Positions 20,329 through 29,377 of a stretch of 64,000 bases of DNA are shown in pieces. The notes beneath the pieces are model-generated. The model had not been told where the DNA came from and ran no database searches. It saw only the letters and a list, made by a program, of their open reading frames with translations. The first letter of the stretch is position 1. Every line of letters begins with the position of its first letter. This stretch comes from Hyphomicrobiales bacterium (lineage in GTDB: Bacteria; Pseudomonadota; Alphaproteobacteria; Rhizobiales; JAJFHR01). Made by a program: the position numbers and the translations under genes. The stretch lies in the NCBI GenBank assembly GCA_021775475.1, contig JAJFHS010000006.1:21530-85529 (forward strand), read 5' to 3'.

Positions 20329-20709
20329 ATGTTCAAAAAATCTTTTTTATTGGCAGGTGTCGTACTTGGATTCCTGTTTATATTTCCGGTTAACCAGGCA
20401 GACGCCCGCCATTGCGGTTATCAAAAATGCTGGGGAGCGGTTGGATTTGGTCCCGGTGGTGCAAGTGCATTTTCTCACAGCTACAGATCAAAACGCCTGG
20501 CCTGGCGCAAGGCCAATCGTGGATGCCGGGGAGATTGCACCGTAATCAAGACATTTTACAACAGCTGTGGTGCAATTGCGGCAGGTTCGGATAATGGCTG
20601 GGGATGGGGATATGCCAATAGCAAAAACCAGGCGATAAGATTGGCCTTGCGATATTGCCAGCGAAATTCCTACAACTGTCGCGTTCGTGCCTGGGCGTGT
20701 TCAAAGTAG
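20329..20709 (+). CDS. DUF4189-domain secreted Cys-rich protein
   Basis: Signal peptide; WGAVGFG...A...A...C...C......F.N.CGAIA...G.GWG...A...AL..C......C.V..WAC pattern. Confidence 0.8.
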   Translation: MFKKSFLLAGVVLGFLFIFPVNQADARHCGYQKCWGAVGFGPGGASAFSHSYRSKRLAWRKANRGCRGDCTVIKTFYNSCGAIAAGSDNGWGWGYANSKNQAIRLALRYCQRNSYNCRVRAWACSK

Positions 20710-20710
20710 A

Positions 20711-21934
20711 TTACTCCACACGGCGCTCAATTCCGATCTTTCGGGCAACAAAGATAAACGCTACTGATACTGCAGTTGTATAAGCCGCCATCCAGAAAAC
20801 CTGGGTCTTTACGCTAATCCCCCAGTCAATCAGCGCGCCCATAATACCCGGGCCAAGCGCCGTTCCCAGAACCATAACCGCAATAGCCAGCACTCTGATG
20901 GCGCCGAGGTTTCTGGTTCCATAGATTTCCGCCCACAAGGTGCCGAGCAAGGTGCCGGCGATACCGGAGGTTGCGCCCATCAGCCCCATATAGAGATAGG
21001 CAAATGAAATTGGACCGGCCACCCCTAAAACAATCAGGCCACCGGTCAGGGGCAAAAGATAGACCGGCAATATTCGCACGCAGCCAAACCGGTCTACTGC
21101 CAGGCCTGAGATAAAAGAAAACAACAAAACACAACCGGAAAAAACCGGAAATGTTAAAACATAATCACTCAGCAACCAGCCTTTGTCGGCAACAATATAG
21201 GCCTGATGGAAAAAAAGCGCGGTGACGGTAAAAGACGGGATCATCATGCCCGGTATCAGCGCCCAGAAAAACCAGTGCTTCAACACTTGCCCGCGCGACC
21301 AGTGACGCATCCTCATACCGGCATTGCTGTGATCAGCGTCATCGACACCGGGTTTGCGCTCATGCCGCAACATGAAAAACACGGTTGGTGCCAATATCAC
21401 TCCCAAAACAACCGCCGCCGCCAGCCAGGTGTCCTGCCAGCCAATCAAGCCTATGACGCTCACCGCCACTACCGGAATAAAGCCTTCGCCAAAACTGACA
21501 CCGAGACCGGCAATGGCCACCGCGCGCCCACGCCTGCGCGCAAACCACCGGGCCATGGCGGTAATGGCAATATGGGTCATCATGCCCTGGCCGCATAATC
21601 GCAAGCCATAGATGATAACCGCCAGCAGAAGCACCGAGTTAACATTAGCCATGGCCACCGCCAGCACAATCAGGCCACCATAAATAATCATCGCCAAAGT
21701 GCGCACCCGCACCACATCAGCCATCCGCCCGATCACCAGCAAAGTCGCCGCTGAACAAAATGTTGCTATGGTATAAAGTCCACCCCAATCACCATTGCTC
21801 AGGGAGAACTTCTCGCGCAACGGTTCCGCAAACAGGGCAATAAAAAAGGTCTGGCCAACACTGGATGAAAAGGTCAGCAAAATACCGGCACCCAGCCACG
21901 TCGCATTGTCCCGCAGGAAACGGTCAGAATTCAC
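20711..21934 (-). CDS. MFS transporter
   Basis: 12 TM helices; SSVGQTFFIALF, GRMADVV, ARWFARRRGRAVAIAGLG, YGTRNLGAIR. Confidence 0.88.
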   Translation of the reverse strand: MNSDRFLRDNATWLGAGILLTFSSSVGQTFFIALFAEPLREKFSLSNGDWGGLYTIATFCSAATLLVIGRMADVVRVRTLAMIIYGGLIVLAVAMANVNSVLLLAVIIYGLRLCGQGMMTHIAITAMARWFARRRGRAVAIAGLGVSFGEGFIPVVAVSVIGLIGWQDTWLAAAVVLGVILAPTVFFMLRHERKPGVDDADHSNAGMRMRHWSRGQVLKHWFFWALIPGMMIPSFTVTALFFHQAYIVADKGWLLSDYVLTFPVFSGCVLLFSFISGLAVDRFGCVRILPVYLLPLTGGLIVLGVAGPISFAYLYMGLMGATSGIAGTLLGTLWAEIYGTRNLGAIRVLAIAVMVLGTALGPGIMGALIDWGISVKTQVFWMAAYTTAVSVAFIFVARKIGIERRVE

Positions 21935-21988
21935 TAATGTACTTTCATAAAATTATTGGGGTCAGGAATCACTGTTTGAATTTACATA

Positions 21989-22180
21989 CTAGAGCACGTT
22001 GCATTTAACAGGTTACAAAATCATCTTTCGCCGTCATCCCCGGTCTTGTCCCGGGGATCCATTCCGTTGAGCTTTCAAAAACAATGATACTGTCTTATGG
22101 TCGAAAGAATTGAGGAATGGATCCCCGGGACAAGACCGGGGATGACGAATTGGGAGGGTTCGATTAAAAGCGACACACTT
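21989..22180. repeat. Composite palindromic element, family B copy 1 (CTAGAGC-ended shell with a CGTC-tagged REP dimer at 22032-22147)
   Basis: cgtcatccccggtcttgtcccggggatccattcc / ggaatggatccccgggacaagaccggggatgacg arms; flanks shared with the copy at 28104. Confidence 0.85.
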
Positions 22181-22217
22181 TTGAGCAATTCTCGATCATA
22201 AAGAAAGATGACATTAA

Positions 22218-23096
22218 ATGCCAGCCACACAACCCGCACCGGGGTTCATCGGATTGGGCCAGATGGGTAACCCCATGGCAGCTAACATTGCAAAAGCGGG
22301 TTTTGAACCCCTCTGTTTCGACAGTGCCGGTACTATCGAGCGCACACCGGATAAAGCCAGGCCCGCCACGTCATTGGCACAAGTGGCCACTCAGGCAGAC
22401 ACTATATTTCTCTCCCTGCCCAATGGCACCATTGTCCAGTCAGTCATAGAACAGATAATCGACAGCCCCGATCGCCGAACCTCCGTCATCATCGACCTAT
22501 CTACCACCGGCCCAAAAGCTGCCCGCACAGCTGCTGACACCTTAAACAAGGCAGGTATTGAATTTATCGATGCCCCAGTAAGCGGTGGCAGGGCCGGTGC
22601 GATTGCAGCCACTGTCACCCTGATCTGGGCGGGATCAAAGGCACAACTTGATCGCCACAAAGCCATCATTGACGCGTTTTGCGGCAACCCGTTTCATGTG
22701 GGCGAAAAACCCGGACAGGGCCAGGCACTCAAACTGCTCAACAATTTTCTCTCCGCAACCGCAATGGCTGCAACGTCTGAGGCGATACTTTTTGGATTGG
22801 CCCACGGCCTTGACATGAAAACCATGCTTGACGTTGTCAATGTGTCAACCGGTCAAAACACGGCAACGCGCGATAAATTTCCCCAGCGTATTTTAACCGG
22901 TACCTATGATGCCGGGTTTTTCGCCGAACACCTTAACAAGGACGTACAACTCTACATCAATGAAGTGCATGATGCCGCCACACCTTCGAATGTTGGCGAT
23001 ACGGTTTCAGAAATTTGGCAAAGCGGCACCGACAGCTTTGCACCCGGCACAGATTTTACCCGCATATTTGAATTTATCGGCCAGCGGAAATCCTGA
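22218..23096 (+). CDS. NAD(P)-dependent oxidoreductase, 3-hydroxyisobutyrate dehydrogenase family
   Basis: GFIGLGQMGNPMA, FIDAPVSGG, catalytic LKLLNN. Confidence 0.9.
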   Translation: MPATQPAPGFIGLGQMGNPMAANIAKAGFEPLCFDSAGTIERTPDKARPATSLAQVATQADTIFLSLPNGTIVQSVIEQIIDSPDRRTSVIIDLSTTGPKAARTAADTLNKAGIEFIDAPVSGGRAGAIAATVTLIWAGSKAQLDRHKAIIDAFCGNPFHVGEKPGQGQALKLLNNFLSATAMAATSEAILFGLAHGLDMKTMLDVVNVSTGQNTATRDKFPQRILTGTYDAGFFAEHLNKDVQLYINEVHDAATPSNVGDTVSEIWQSGTDSFAPGTDFTRIFEFIGQRKS

Positions 23097-23100
23097 GGTT

Positions 23101-24171
23101 CTAATATCCCTCATCAAGCAGAGGAAAGACTGAGTAGGTTTTTTGCTGATTAACGGCTCGTGCCTGAGCAAGATAGCTGCCATCAAGTTCCTGAAGGCTG
23201 CGCACACCCAATAATCCCAGCGTTGTATCAAGTTCCTGGTGCAAAAGTTCCATCACCCGCACCACTCCGGGTGCCCCAGCCGCTGCTGCTGCCAGCACAT
23301 ACATGCGCCCAATGCCCACAGATGTTGCACCTAAGCAAAGTGCTTTGACAATGTCCGAGCCGCGCATGATGCCGCCATCGGCAATCACCTCAGCGCGCGC
23401 GCCAACGGCATCAACAATCTCGGGCAGAAAATCCATTGTTCCCAGCCCGTGATCAAGTTGACGGCCACCATGGTTCGACGCGTAAACCGCATCCATTCCG
23501 CACTCAACCGCAAGACGCGCATCATCGCCGCTGGCAATGCCTTTGATCATCATTGGAATATCGAATTTTTCTTTCAATCTGGAGACATCGCGCCAGCTAA
23601 ACCGCTCCTGAAACGACTGATCAATGGCGGTTTTTTGTGTCGTGGTGGTAAAACTCTTCGCCAGATCGCGTTCGCGCCGACCATACAAATCAAGATCAAC
23701 CGTCAGGCATAACCCCACATAGCCCGCATCAATAGCCCGCGCCACACAATCATCGACCCAATCGTCATCGCCGCGAATATACAGCTGGTAGATTTTCACA
23801 GCATCCGATGCCTCTGCCACTTCTTCCAAAGAGTTGGAGGCCGACGAGCTGACCATTTGTACAACACCGGCCTGGGCCGCAGCAACAGCCACAGTTGCTG
23901 CACCACCTTCAACCATATCCTGCAAACTGCCGATAGGTGCCAGTATCACCGGCATTTTCAATTTGTGGCCAAGCACAGACCCCGTGGTATCACGATTGGA
24001 AACATCGCGTAAAACACGTGGCCGCAACCCCAGGCAATCGAGCGCCAGTCTATTTCGCTTATGGGTGGTTTCGGTTTCAGCCGCCCCCATCACATAATCC
24101 CAGATTTCATCGGACAGGTTGGCGCGCGCGGCGGGGATAAATTGATGCAGGACATGAAATTTTTGTGTCAT
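23101..24171 (-). CDS. FMN-dependent alpha-hydroxy acid oxidase/dehydrogenase
   Basis: LRPRVLRDVS, LTVD, MIKGI, SNHGGRQLD, DGGIMRGSDIVKALCLGA. Confidence 0.92.
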   Translation of the reverse strand: MTQKFHVLHQFIPAARANLSDEIWDYVMGAAETETTHKRNRLALDCLGLRPRVLRDVSNRDTTGSVLGHKLKMPVILAPIGSLQDMVEGGAATVAVAAAQAGVVQMVSSSASNSLEEVAEASDAVKIYQLYIRGDDDWVDDCVARAIDAGYVGLCLTVDLDLYGRRERDLAKSFTTTTQKTAIDQSFQERFSWRDVSRLKEKFDIPMMIKGIASGDDARLAVECGMDAVYASNHGGRQLDHGLGTMDFLPEIVDAVGARAEVIADGGIMRGSDIVKALCLGATSVGIGRMYVLAAAAAGAPGVVRVMELLHQELDTTLGLLGVRSLQELDGSYLAQARAVNQQKTYSVFPLLDEGY

Positions 24172-24188
24172 AGGCGGGGTACGGAAAT

Positions 24189-24986
24189 CTATACTTGTTT
24201 GAGACGGTCCAATCTTAGCCGATGGCGTTCATCTGTCAATCTGTAGGCTCCGGCCAAAACAGCTATTGTCACACCAATACCTGTCGCCCCGCCAATCAGA
24301 AACATAATCAGGATCTGAAATTTGACCGCCTCACCCGGCTCAACGCCGGCCAGAATTTGCCCGGTCATCATGCCCGGCAAAGACACAATACCACTTGCCG
24401 CCATGGCGTTGATGATTGGAATAAAGCCGGTACGCATGGCCTGTCGTATGACCGGCCCCAATGCCTCAACCCGCGTGTGCCCCAAAGCAATTTGCGCTTC
24501 AATGGCATTTCGTTCGCGCAGCGTATTGGCAATGAGCGTATTGAGACCGAGACTGATCCCGGTCATGGTATTGCCTAAAATCATGCCGAACAGCGGCAAG
24601 GAAAAGCGCGGGTGATACCACGGATCCGCCCCTATCTGGGTCATCAGGCTGAACACTGTCACCAGCCCGGCGGCAAACAACATCGGCCCGGCACCAAGCC
24701 CGAATGCCCACACGCCTTGAAACCGGCGCTCCTGTCGCGACATAATCTCGTAAGCAGCAAAAGACACCATGGCGATCGCGGTTATACCGGTCCATAAAGG
24801 CGACACCAAGCCAAACAGCTTTAGCAGCACAAAGCCGATCAGGGTCAGTTGAACCACCATACGAACAGCGGAAATGACCAACTGGCGATGCACCCCCAGT
24901 TGCAGGAAAATCGACAAAGCAGCATTAATCACCAGCAAAGAAGCGGCAAAGGCGATATCCCAGTAGCTCAGAGAAATCAGCGTCAC
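24189..24986 (-). CDS. fetB: ABC permease FetB (YbbM/UPF0014)
   Basis: SAVRMVVQLTLIG, GMILGNTM, IEAQIALG, IVSLPGMMTGQILAG, VKFQILIMF. Confidence 0.9.
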   Translation of the reverse strand: MTLISLSYWDIAFAASLLVINAALSIFLQLGVHRQLVISAVRMVVQLTLIGFVLLKLFGLVSPLWTGITAIAMVSFAAYEIMSRQERRFQGVWAFGLGAGPMLFAAGLVTVFSLMTQIGADPWYHPRFSLPLFGMILGNTMTGISLGLNTLIANTLRERNAIEAQIALGHTRVEALGPVIRQAMRTGFIPIINAMAASGIVSLPGMMTGQILAGVEPGEAVKFQILIMFLIGGATGIGVTIAVLAGAYRLTDERHRLRLDRLKQV

Positions 24987-25579
24987 AACACCCGCTCCTC
25001 AATATGTCCGTCTGCAATTTGAAGACAGCGTTTGGCCAGGCGTTTAGCCTGCGCACCATCATGGGTGACAAATAAAATAGAACCACCCTCTTGCAAAAAC
25101 TTATCCAGTCGTTTTTCAACCCTTGCGGTCGCTTTTCCATCCAGCCCGGAAGTTGGTTCATCGAGTAACAACACTTTCGGACCCTGCACCAGAGCGCGTA
25201 TCAGCACCAGTCGTTGTTGTTCGCCCGTCGACAATTGAGCCACCGGGTTCGCAAAAATATCCTCCGGCAGCAAAAACCCCACCGCCAGCTCTTTGGCCTG
25301 AGCAAGATCACTGAAATGATCTTTGACCCGCTCCGCCCACCACCCCGGTGTCGCCGCCACATAAGTCACCAGCCTGCGCCATTCAGGCCCGCTCATGTTC
25401 GAACGATTGACACCTGCAAGACTCATCTCGCCTTCGTTGGGTATAAGATCAGCAAGACCGCGCAAAACCAGCGACTTCCCCGCACCCGACGCCCCGGTAA
25501 CAGCCACGGCTTCGCCACCCTGCAAGTCAAAATCCTGCAAACTTAATGAAAGTATGTTAAGAGAAACAACCTTGAGCAG
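24983..25579 (-). CDS. fetA: ABC ATP-binding protein FetA (YbbL)
   Basis: GASGAGKS, LSTGEQQRLVLIRAL, LLLDEPTSGLD, FVTHD; overlaps fetB. Start probably CTG at 25579; the ORF track starts at TTG 25540. Confidence 0.85.
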   Translation of the reverse strand: MLKVVSLNILSLSLQDFDLQGGEAVAVTGASGAGKSLVLRGLADLIPNEGEMSLAGVNRSNMSGPEWRRLVTYVAATPGWWAERVKDHFSDLAQAKELAVGFLLPEDIFANPVAQLSTGEQQRLVLIRALVQGPKVLLLDEPTSGLDGKATARVEKRLDKFLQEGGSILFVTHDGAQAKRLAKRCLQIADGHIEERVL

Positions 25580-25711
25580 CGATAAAACCTTCTGTATTTG
25601 AATGATTCATATAACATCAAACACCTGTGTGTAATTGTCAACGAACCCTAGGCAGCAGAATAATCGTATGAAAACCGCATATACTCATCACAAATCTCAC
25701 CACCATAGCTA

Positions 25712-26641
25712 ATGGCCTTTAGTTTCACCAAATTCAAAGATCGCATTTCGGGGGTGACCGATAGTGTATTTCGACGGGTTGCCCTGGCGCCCAAACCTGT
25801 TCAAATAATTGTTTACGGCCTGCTGCGTGGCTTATTCTGGCTGCTGTATATCATTCCGGGCAGCTATTTGCGTAAAACAGCGGTGGCTTACGCCGCTGCT
25901 GTCGAACAAGGTCCGCCGCGCAAAATGTACCGCGGCTTTGCAAATGGGTTCGTGCTGTTTGTTCACCGTATTGAACTGTTAAGCCAGGGCCGGACTGACA
26001 TCATCGATCAATTGCTGAAAATTCCGGAACAAGCGCACTTTGACGCAATTTTGGATGAGCACAAGGGTGCCATACTGGCCATGCCTCACTGCCATGGATC
26101 CCTACTCATGGTGCGCGGTCTGTCGGCCCGCTACCCGGTGCTCATGCTCATCCGCGAACCAAAGAACGATGCCCGAGCAGCCACTCAGCGGCGTTATTTC
26201 GCCCATATGGGATGTGACGTGCTGGATGTGCGGCGCAGCAATGAGGGCACTGTTGCCCGCACTGTCCTCAAAGCACTGCGCCAAGGAAAAATTGTTATTG
26301 GTACGGTAGACCGTATTAGAAAAGCACCGCCATCGGAAGAACCGGTCAGCAAGACAGACGATAATGTGCGCGCCAAGGCATTTGGCCAACCTGTTGGCAT
26401 CGCCGGCTGGCCCGCCCGCTTTGCGGAAAAATGCAAGGTGCCAATACTGCCTGTTATGGTGGAACATACGCCTGATGCTGTGACGCTGCATATTGGCGAA
26501 CCGGTCATCGCAACCGATACAATTGCCACCACGCAAAAATGGCTCAGTGCTCTTGAGCAGTTTTTCTGGCGTTTTCCGGGTAATTGGATATTTGTCTATG
26601 ACAAGCACTGGTCGCGTCTTTTACGCAACCGCATAAACTGA
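25712..26641 (+). CDS. Lysophospholipid/lipid A lauroyl acyltransferase (LpxL-like) family protein
   Basis: GAILAMPH, VLKALRQGKIVIGTVDR, FGQPVGIAGWPARFAEKCKVPILPV and FWRFPGNWIF follow the LPLAT_LABLAT layout. Confidence 0.7.
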   Translation: MAFSFTKFKDRISGVTDSVFRRVALAPKPVQIIVYGLLRGLFWLLYIIPGSYLRKTAVAYAAAVEQGPPRKMYRGFANGFVLFVHRIELLSQGRTDIIDQLLKIPEQAHFDAILDEHKGAILAMPHCHGSLLMVRGLSARYPVLMLIREPKNDARAATQRRYFAHMGCDVLDVRRSNEGTVARTVLKALRQGKIVIGTVDRIRKAPPSEEPVSKTDDNVRAKAFGQPVGIAGWPARFAEKCKVPILPVMVEHTPDAVTLHIGEPVIATDTIATTQKWLSALEQFFWRFPGNWIFVYDKHWSRLLRNRIN

Positions 26642-26661
26642 AACGAAAATCTAAAAGCGCT

Positions 26662-27954
26662 TTAATCCTCAAATGGATCATGCACTAAAATGGTATCATC
26701 ACGTTCGGGGCTGGTGGAAACCATGGCAACCGGGGCTTCGATCAATTCTTCCACCCGGCGGATATATTTGATGCTTTGGGCTGGCAGGTCTGCCCACGAA
26801 CGTGCACCGGCGGTGGATTGGGTCCAGCCCTCGAAGGTCTCGTATATGGGTTCAACGCGTGCCTGCGCACCTTGTGCAGCCGGCAGATGGTCAATTCTGT
26901 TGCCATCGAGCATATAGCCGACACAGACCTTGAGTTCATCAAACCCATCTAAAATATCAAGCTTGGTAAGTGCTATGCCATCTATGCCACTGGTTTTAAC
27001 CGTCTGGCGCACCAATGCTGCATCAAACCAGCCGCAACGCCTTTGTCTGCCGGTAACCGTGCCAAATTCATGACCGCGCTCGCCCAGCATCGTGCCCACA
27101 TCGTTGAGTTGTTCGGTTGGAAACGGTCCCATGCCGACGCGTGTTGTATAGGCCTTGGTGATGCCAAGCACGTAATTCAAGGCACTGGGGCCAATGCCGG
27201 TGCCGGTTGCCGCTTGCGCTGCCACCGTATTTGATGACGTTACAAACGGATAGGTGCCATGATCAATATCAAGCAATGTGCCTTGCGCACCTTCAAACAA
27301 AATACGCTTGCCCGCCCGGCGCATACCATCGAGCAGCAACCACACGGTTTCCATAAACGGCAGAATTTTAGGTGCCACTTCAGCCAGTTGCCCATGCAGC
27401 TCATCGGCTGAAATTTCGGGCTCATTCAAGCCCCGACGCAAGGCATTGTGATGGGTAAGAATGCGCTCAACCTTGGCTTTAAGGCTGTCAAGGTTTTGTA
27501 AATCCATCACGCGAATGGCCCGTCTACCAACCTTGTCTTCGTAAGCTGGGCCAATGCCTCGTTTGGTCGTACCGATTTTACCCGCACCGGCAGCTGCTTC
27601 ACGCAGCGCATCAAGTTCACGATGCAGGGGCAATATCAAAGTGGCGTTTTCAGCAATACGCAAGTTATCGGCATTGATGACAACGCCCTGTTCGTCCAGG
27701 CGGCCAATTTCATCACACAGCGCCCACGGATCGATGACAACACCATTGCCGATTACCCCAAGTTTTCCCGGGCGTACAACACCTGATGGCAATAGCGAAA
27801 GCTTATAGACCTTGCCGTCAATAACAAGTGTATGCCCGGCATTGTGCCCGCCCTGATAGCGCACCACCACGTCAGCACGTTCCGACAGCCAGTCGACGAT
27901 TTTGCCCTTGCCTTCATCACCCCACTGAGACCCGACTACGACTACATTCGCCAT
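26662..27954 (-). CDS. purA: Adenylosuccinate synthetase
   Basis: [45 protein letters not shown]. Confidence 0.98.
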   Translation of the reverse strand: MANVVVVGSQWGDEGKGKIVDWLSERADVVVRYQGGHNAGHTLVIDGKVYKLSLLPSGVVRPGKLGVIGNGVVIDPWALCDEIGRLDEQGVVINADNLRIAENATLILPLHRELDALREAAAGAGKIGTTKRGIGPAYEDKVGRRAIRVMDLQNLDSLKAKVERILTHHNALRRGLNEPEISADELHGQLAEVAPKILPFMETVWLLLDGMRRAGKRILFEGAQGTLLDIDHGTYPFVTSSNTVAAQAATGTGIGPSALNYVLGITKAYTTRVGMGPFPTEQLNDVGTMLGERGHEFGTVTGRQRRCGWFDAALVRQTVKTSGIDGIALTKLDILDGFDELKVCVGYMLDGNRIDHLPAAQGAQARVEPIYETFEGWTQSTAGARSWADLPAQSIKYIRRVEELIEAPVAMVSTSPERDDTILVHDPFED

Positions 27955-28071
27955 ATTTTTTCCGCCCGTTCAAGAATTTTATGGAAGCTTGCGAGCATTC
28001 ACGCAAGCGCCCATAGAACTATACAAAACCGGCGCAAAAGGGAACCGCAAAATGAAAAACATCATTGTCCT

Positions 28072-28101
28072 TTGACACACCCCGGCTCTACACCCTATGA
28101 A
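28072..28101 (+). promoter_or_regulatory. Candidate sigma70 promoter of the DMT gene
   Basis: TTGACA-N17/18-(C)TATGAA immediately before family B copy 2. Confidence 0.45.
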
Positions 28102-28103
28102 TG

Positions 28104-28296
28104 AAGCGTGTCGCATTTAATAGAACCCACCACCTTCGTCATCCTCGGGCTTGACCCGAGGATCCATACCGCTGAGTTTTCAAAAACAAAGGTACTGCCT
28201 TTTGGCTGAAAGTATTGAGGAATGGATCCCCGGGACAAGCCCGAGGATGACGAAGAAAGATGATTTTGTAACCTGTAAAATAAGAACGAGCTTTAG
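28104..28296. repeat. Composite palindromic element, family B copy 2 (CGTC-tagged REP dimer at 28134-28255)
   Basis: ttcgtcatcctcgggcttgacccgaggatcca / tggatccccgggacaagcccgaggatgacgaa arms; its flanks are reverse complements of the copy 1 flanks. Confidence 0.85.
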
Positions 28297-28325
28297 TACC
28301 CTTCTCGAATTCACAACTGAAATCA

Positions 28326-29261
28326 ATGCCAGAATTTATTCTTAAACTCGCACACCGCGGATTTTCCAATGCTTACCTGCTGTTATCGATAACCGCATTG
28401 TGCTGGGCGGGGAATTTTGTCGTCGGGCGGGGAATTTATGAGGAAGTCCCCCCTGTTGCCCTGGCCACCATACGCTGGACCGGTGCCTTTTTAGTCGCCC
28501 TGCCCTTTGCTTACAAGCATCTGGCCAGGGATTGGCCGGTGATCAAAAAACACTGGGGCATCATCGTAACGCTTGGAGCCGTTGGCGTTGGCACTTTCAA
28601 TACGCTTGTCTACACCGGTGTCAATTACACCACCGCCATCAACGGCCTTATCATGAATTCAGCCTCCCCGGTGTTTATGGCCATGATGGCTTTTGTCCTG
28701 TTTAAGGAGCGCATCAGTGTGTTTCAGTCGTTTGGTATTTTTGTATCAATTATCGGGGTCCTTGTTATCATTTCCCGAGGCAATCTTTCATCTCTTGGCA
28801 ATCTCACCTTTAATACTGGTGATCTTTTTATTCTCGCGGCTTTTTTCGTCTGGGCCTTTTATACCGTCATGCTCAGATTGCGTCCCGCCATCAACGATTT
28901 GAGCTTTTTAACAGTGACGTTTTTTTTGGCAATCTTTGCAAATTTGCCCTTTCTGTTTTGGGAAATGTGGTCAGGCCGCTATGTTCAGCTCAGCCCGCAA
29001 TCACTAGGCGGACTTTTATATGTCATCGTCTTTCCCTCGCTCATCGCTTATCTCTTTTATAACCGGGGCATAGAGCTGATTGGTGCAAACAGAGGCGGTG
29101 CCTTCCTCCATGTTGTTCCCTTGTTCGGTGCAGTGATGGCGGTGTTATTTCTCGGCGAAAAACTGGAAATTTTCCATATCATTGGTTTTGCCACCATTAT
29201 AGCCGGTGTCGTTATGACCACGAAAAAGCCTGGGCGAAGCAATAGGGTCATCGACGGTTAA
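28326..29261 (+). CDS. DMT (EamA) family transporter
   Basis: 10 TM helices; LCWAGNFVVGR, YTTAINGLIMNSASP, GDLFILAAFFVWAFYT. Confidence 0.9.
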   Translation: MPEFILKLAHRGFSNAYLLLSITALCWAGNFVVGRGIYEEVPPVALATIRWTGAFLVALPFAYKHLARDWPVIKKHWGIIVTLGAVGVGTFNTLVYTGVNYTTAINGLIMNSASPVFMAMMAFVLFKERISVFQSFGIFVSIIGVLVIISRGNLSSLGNLTFNTGDLFILAAFFVWAFYTVMLRLRPAINDLSFLTVTFFLAIFANLPFLFWEMWSGRYVQLSPQSLGGLLYVIVFPSLIAYLFYNRGIELIGANRGGAFLHVVPLFGAVMAVLFLGEKLEIFHIIGFATIIAGVVMTTKKPGRSNRVIDG

Positions 29262-29377
29262 CAGATAGACTACATTGAACTGCGGCCACATTTTTCGTTA
29301 AACTATCAAACACCGAAGGATCTTTACCGCAAGCAACGCCTAGCATAAACCAAAAGGGGGCCGGAAAGACATTTTCA

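Noticed and set aside
28139-28369. Short ORFs on both strands (HPRACPGDP…, MTRGSIP…)
   Set aside because: They lie within the family B palindromic element.
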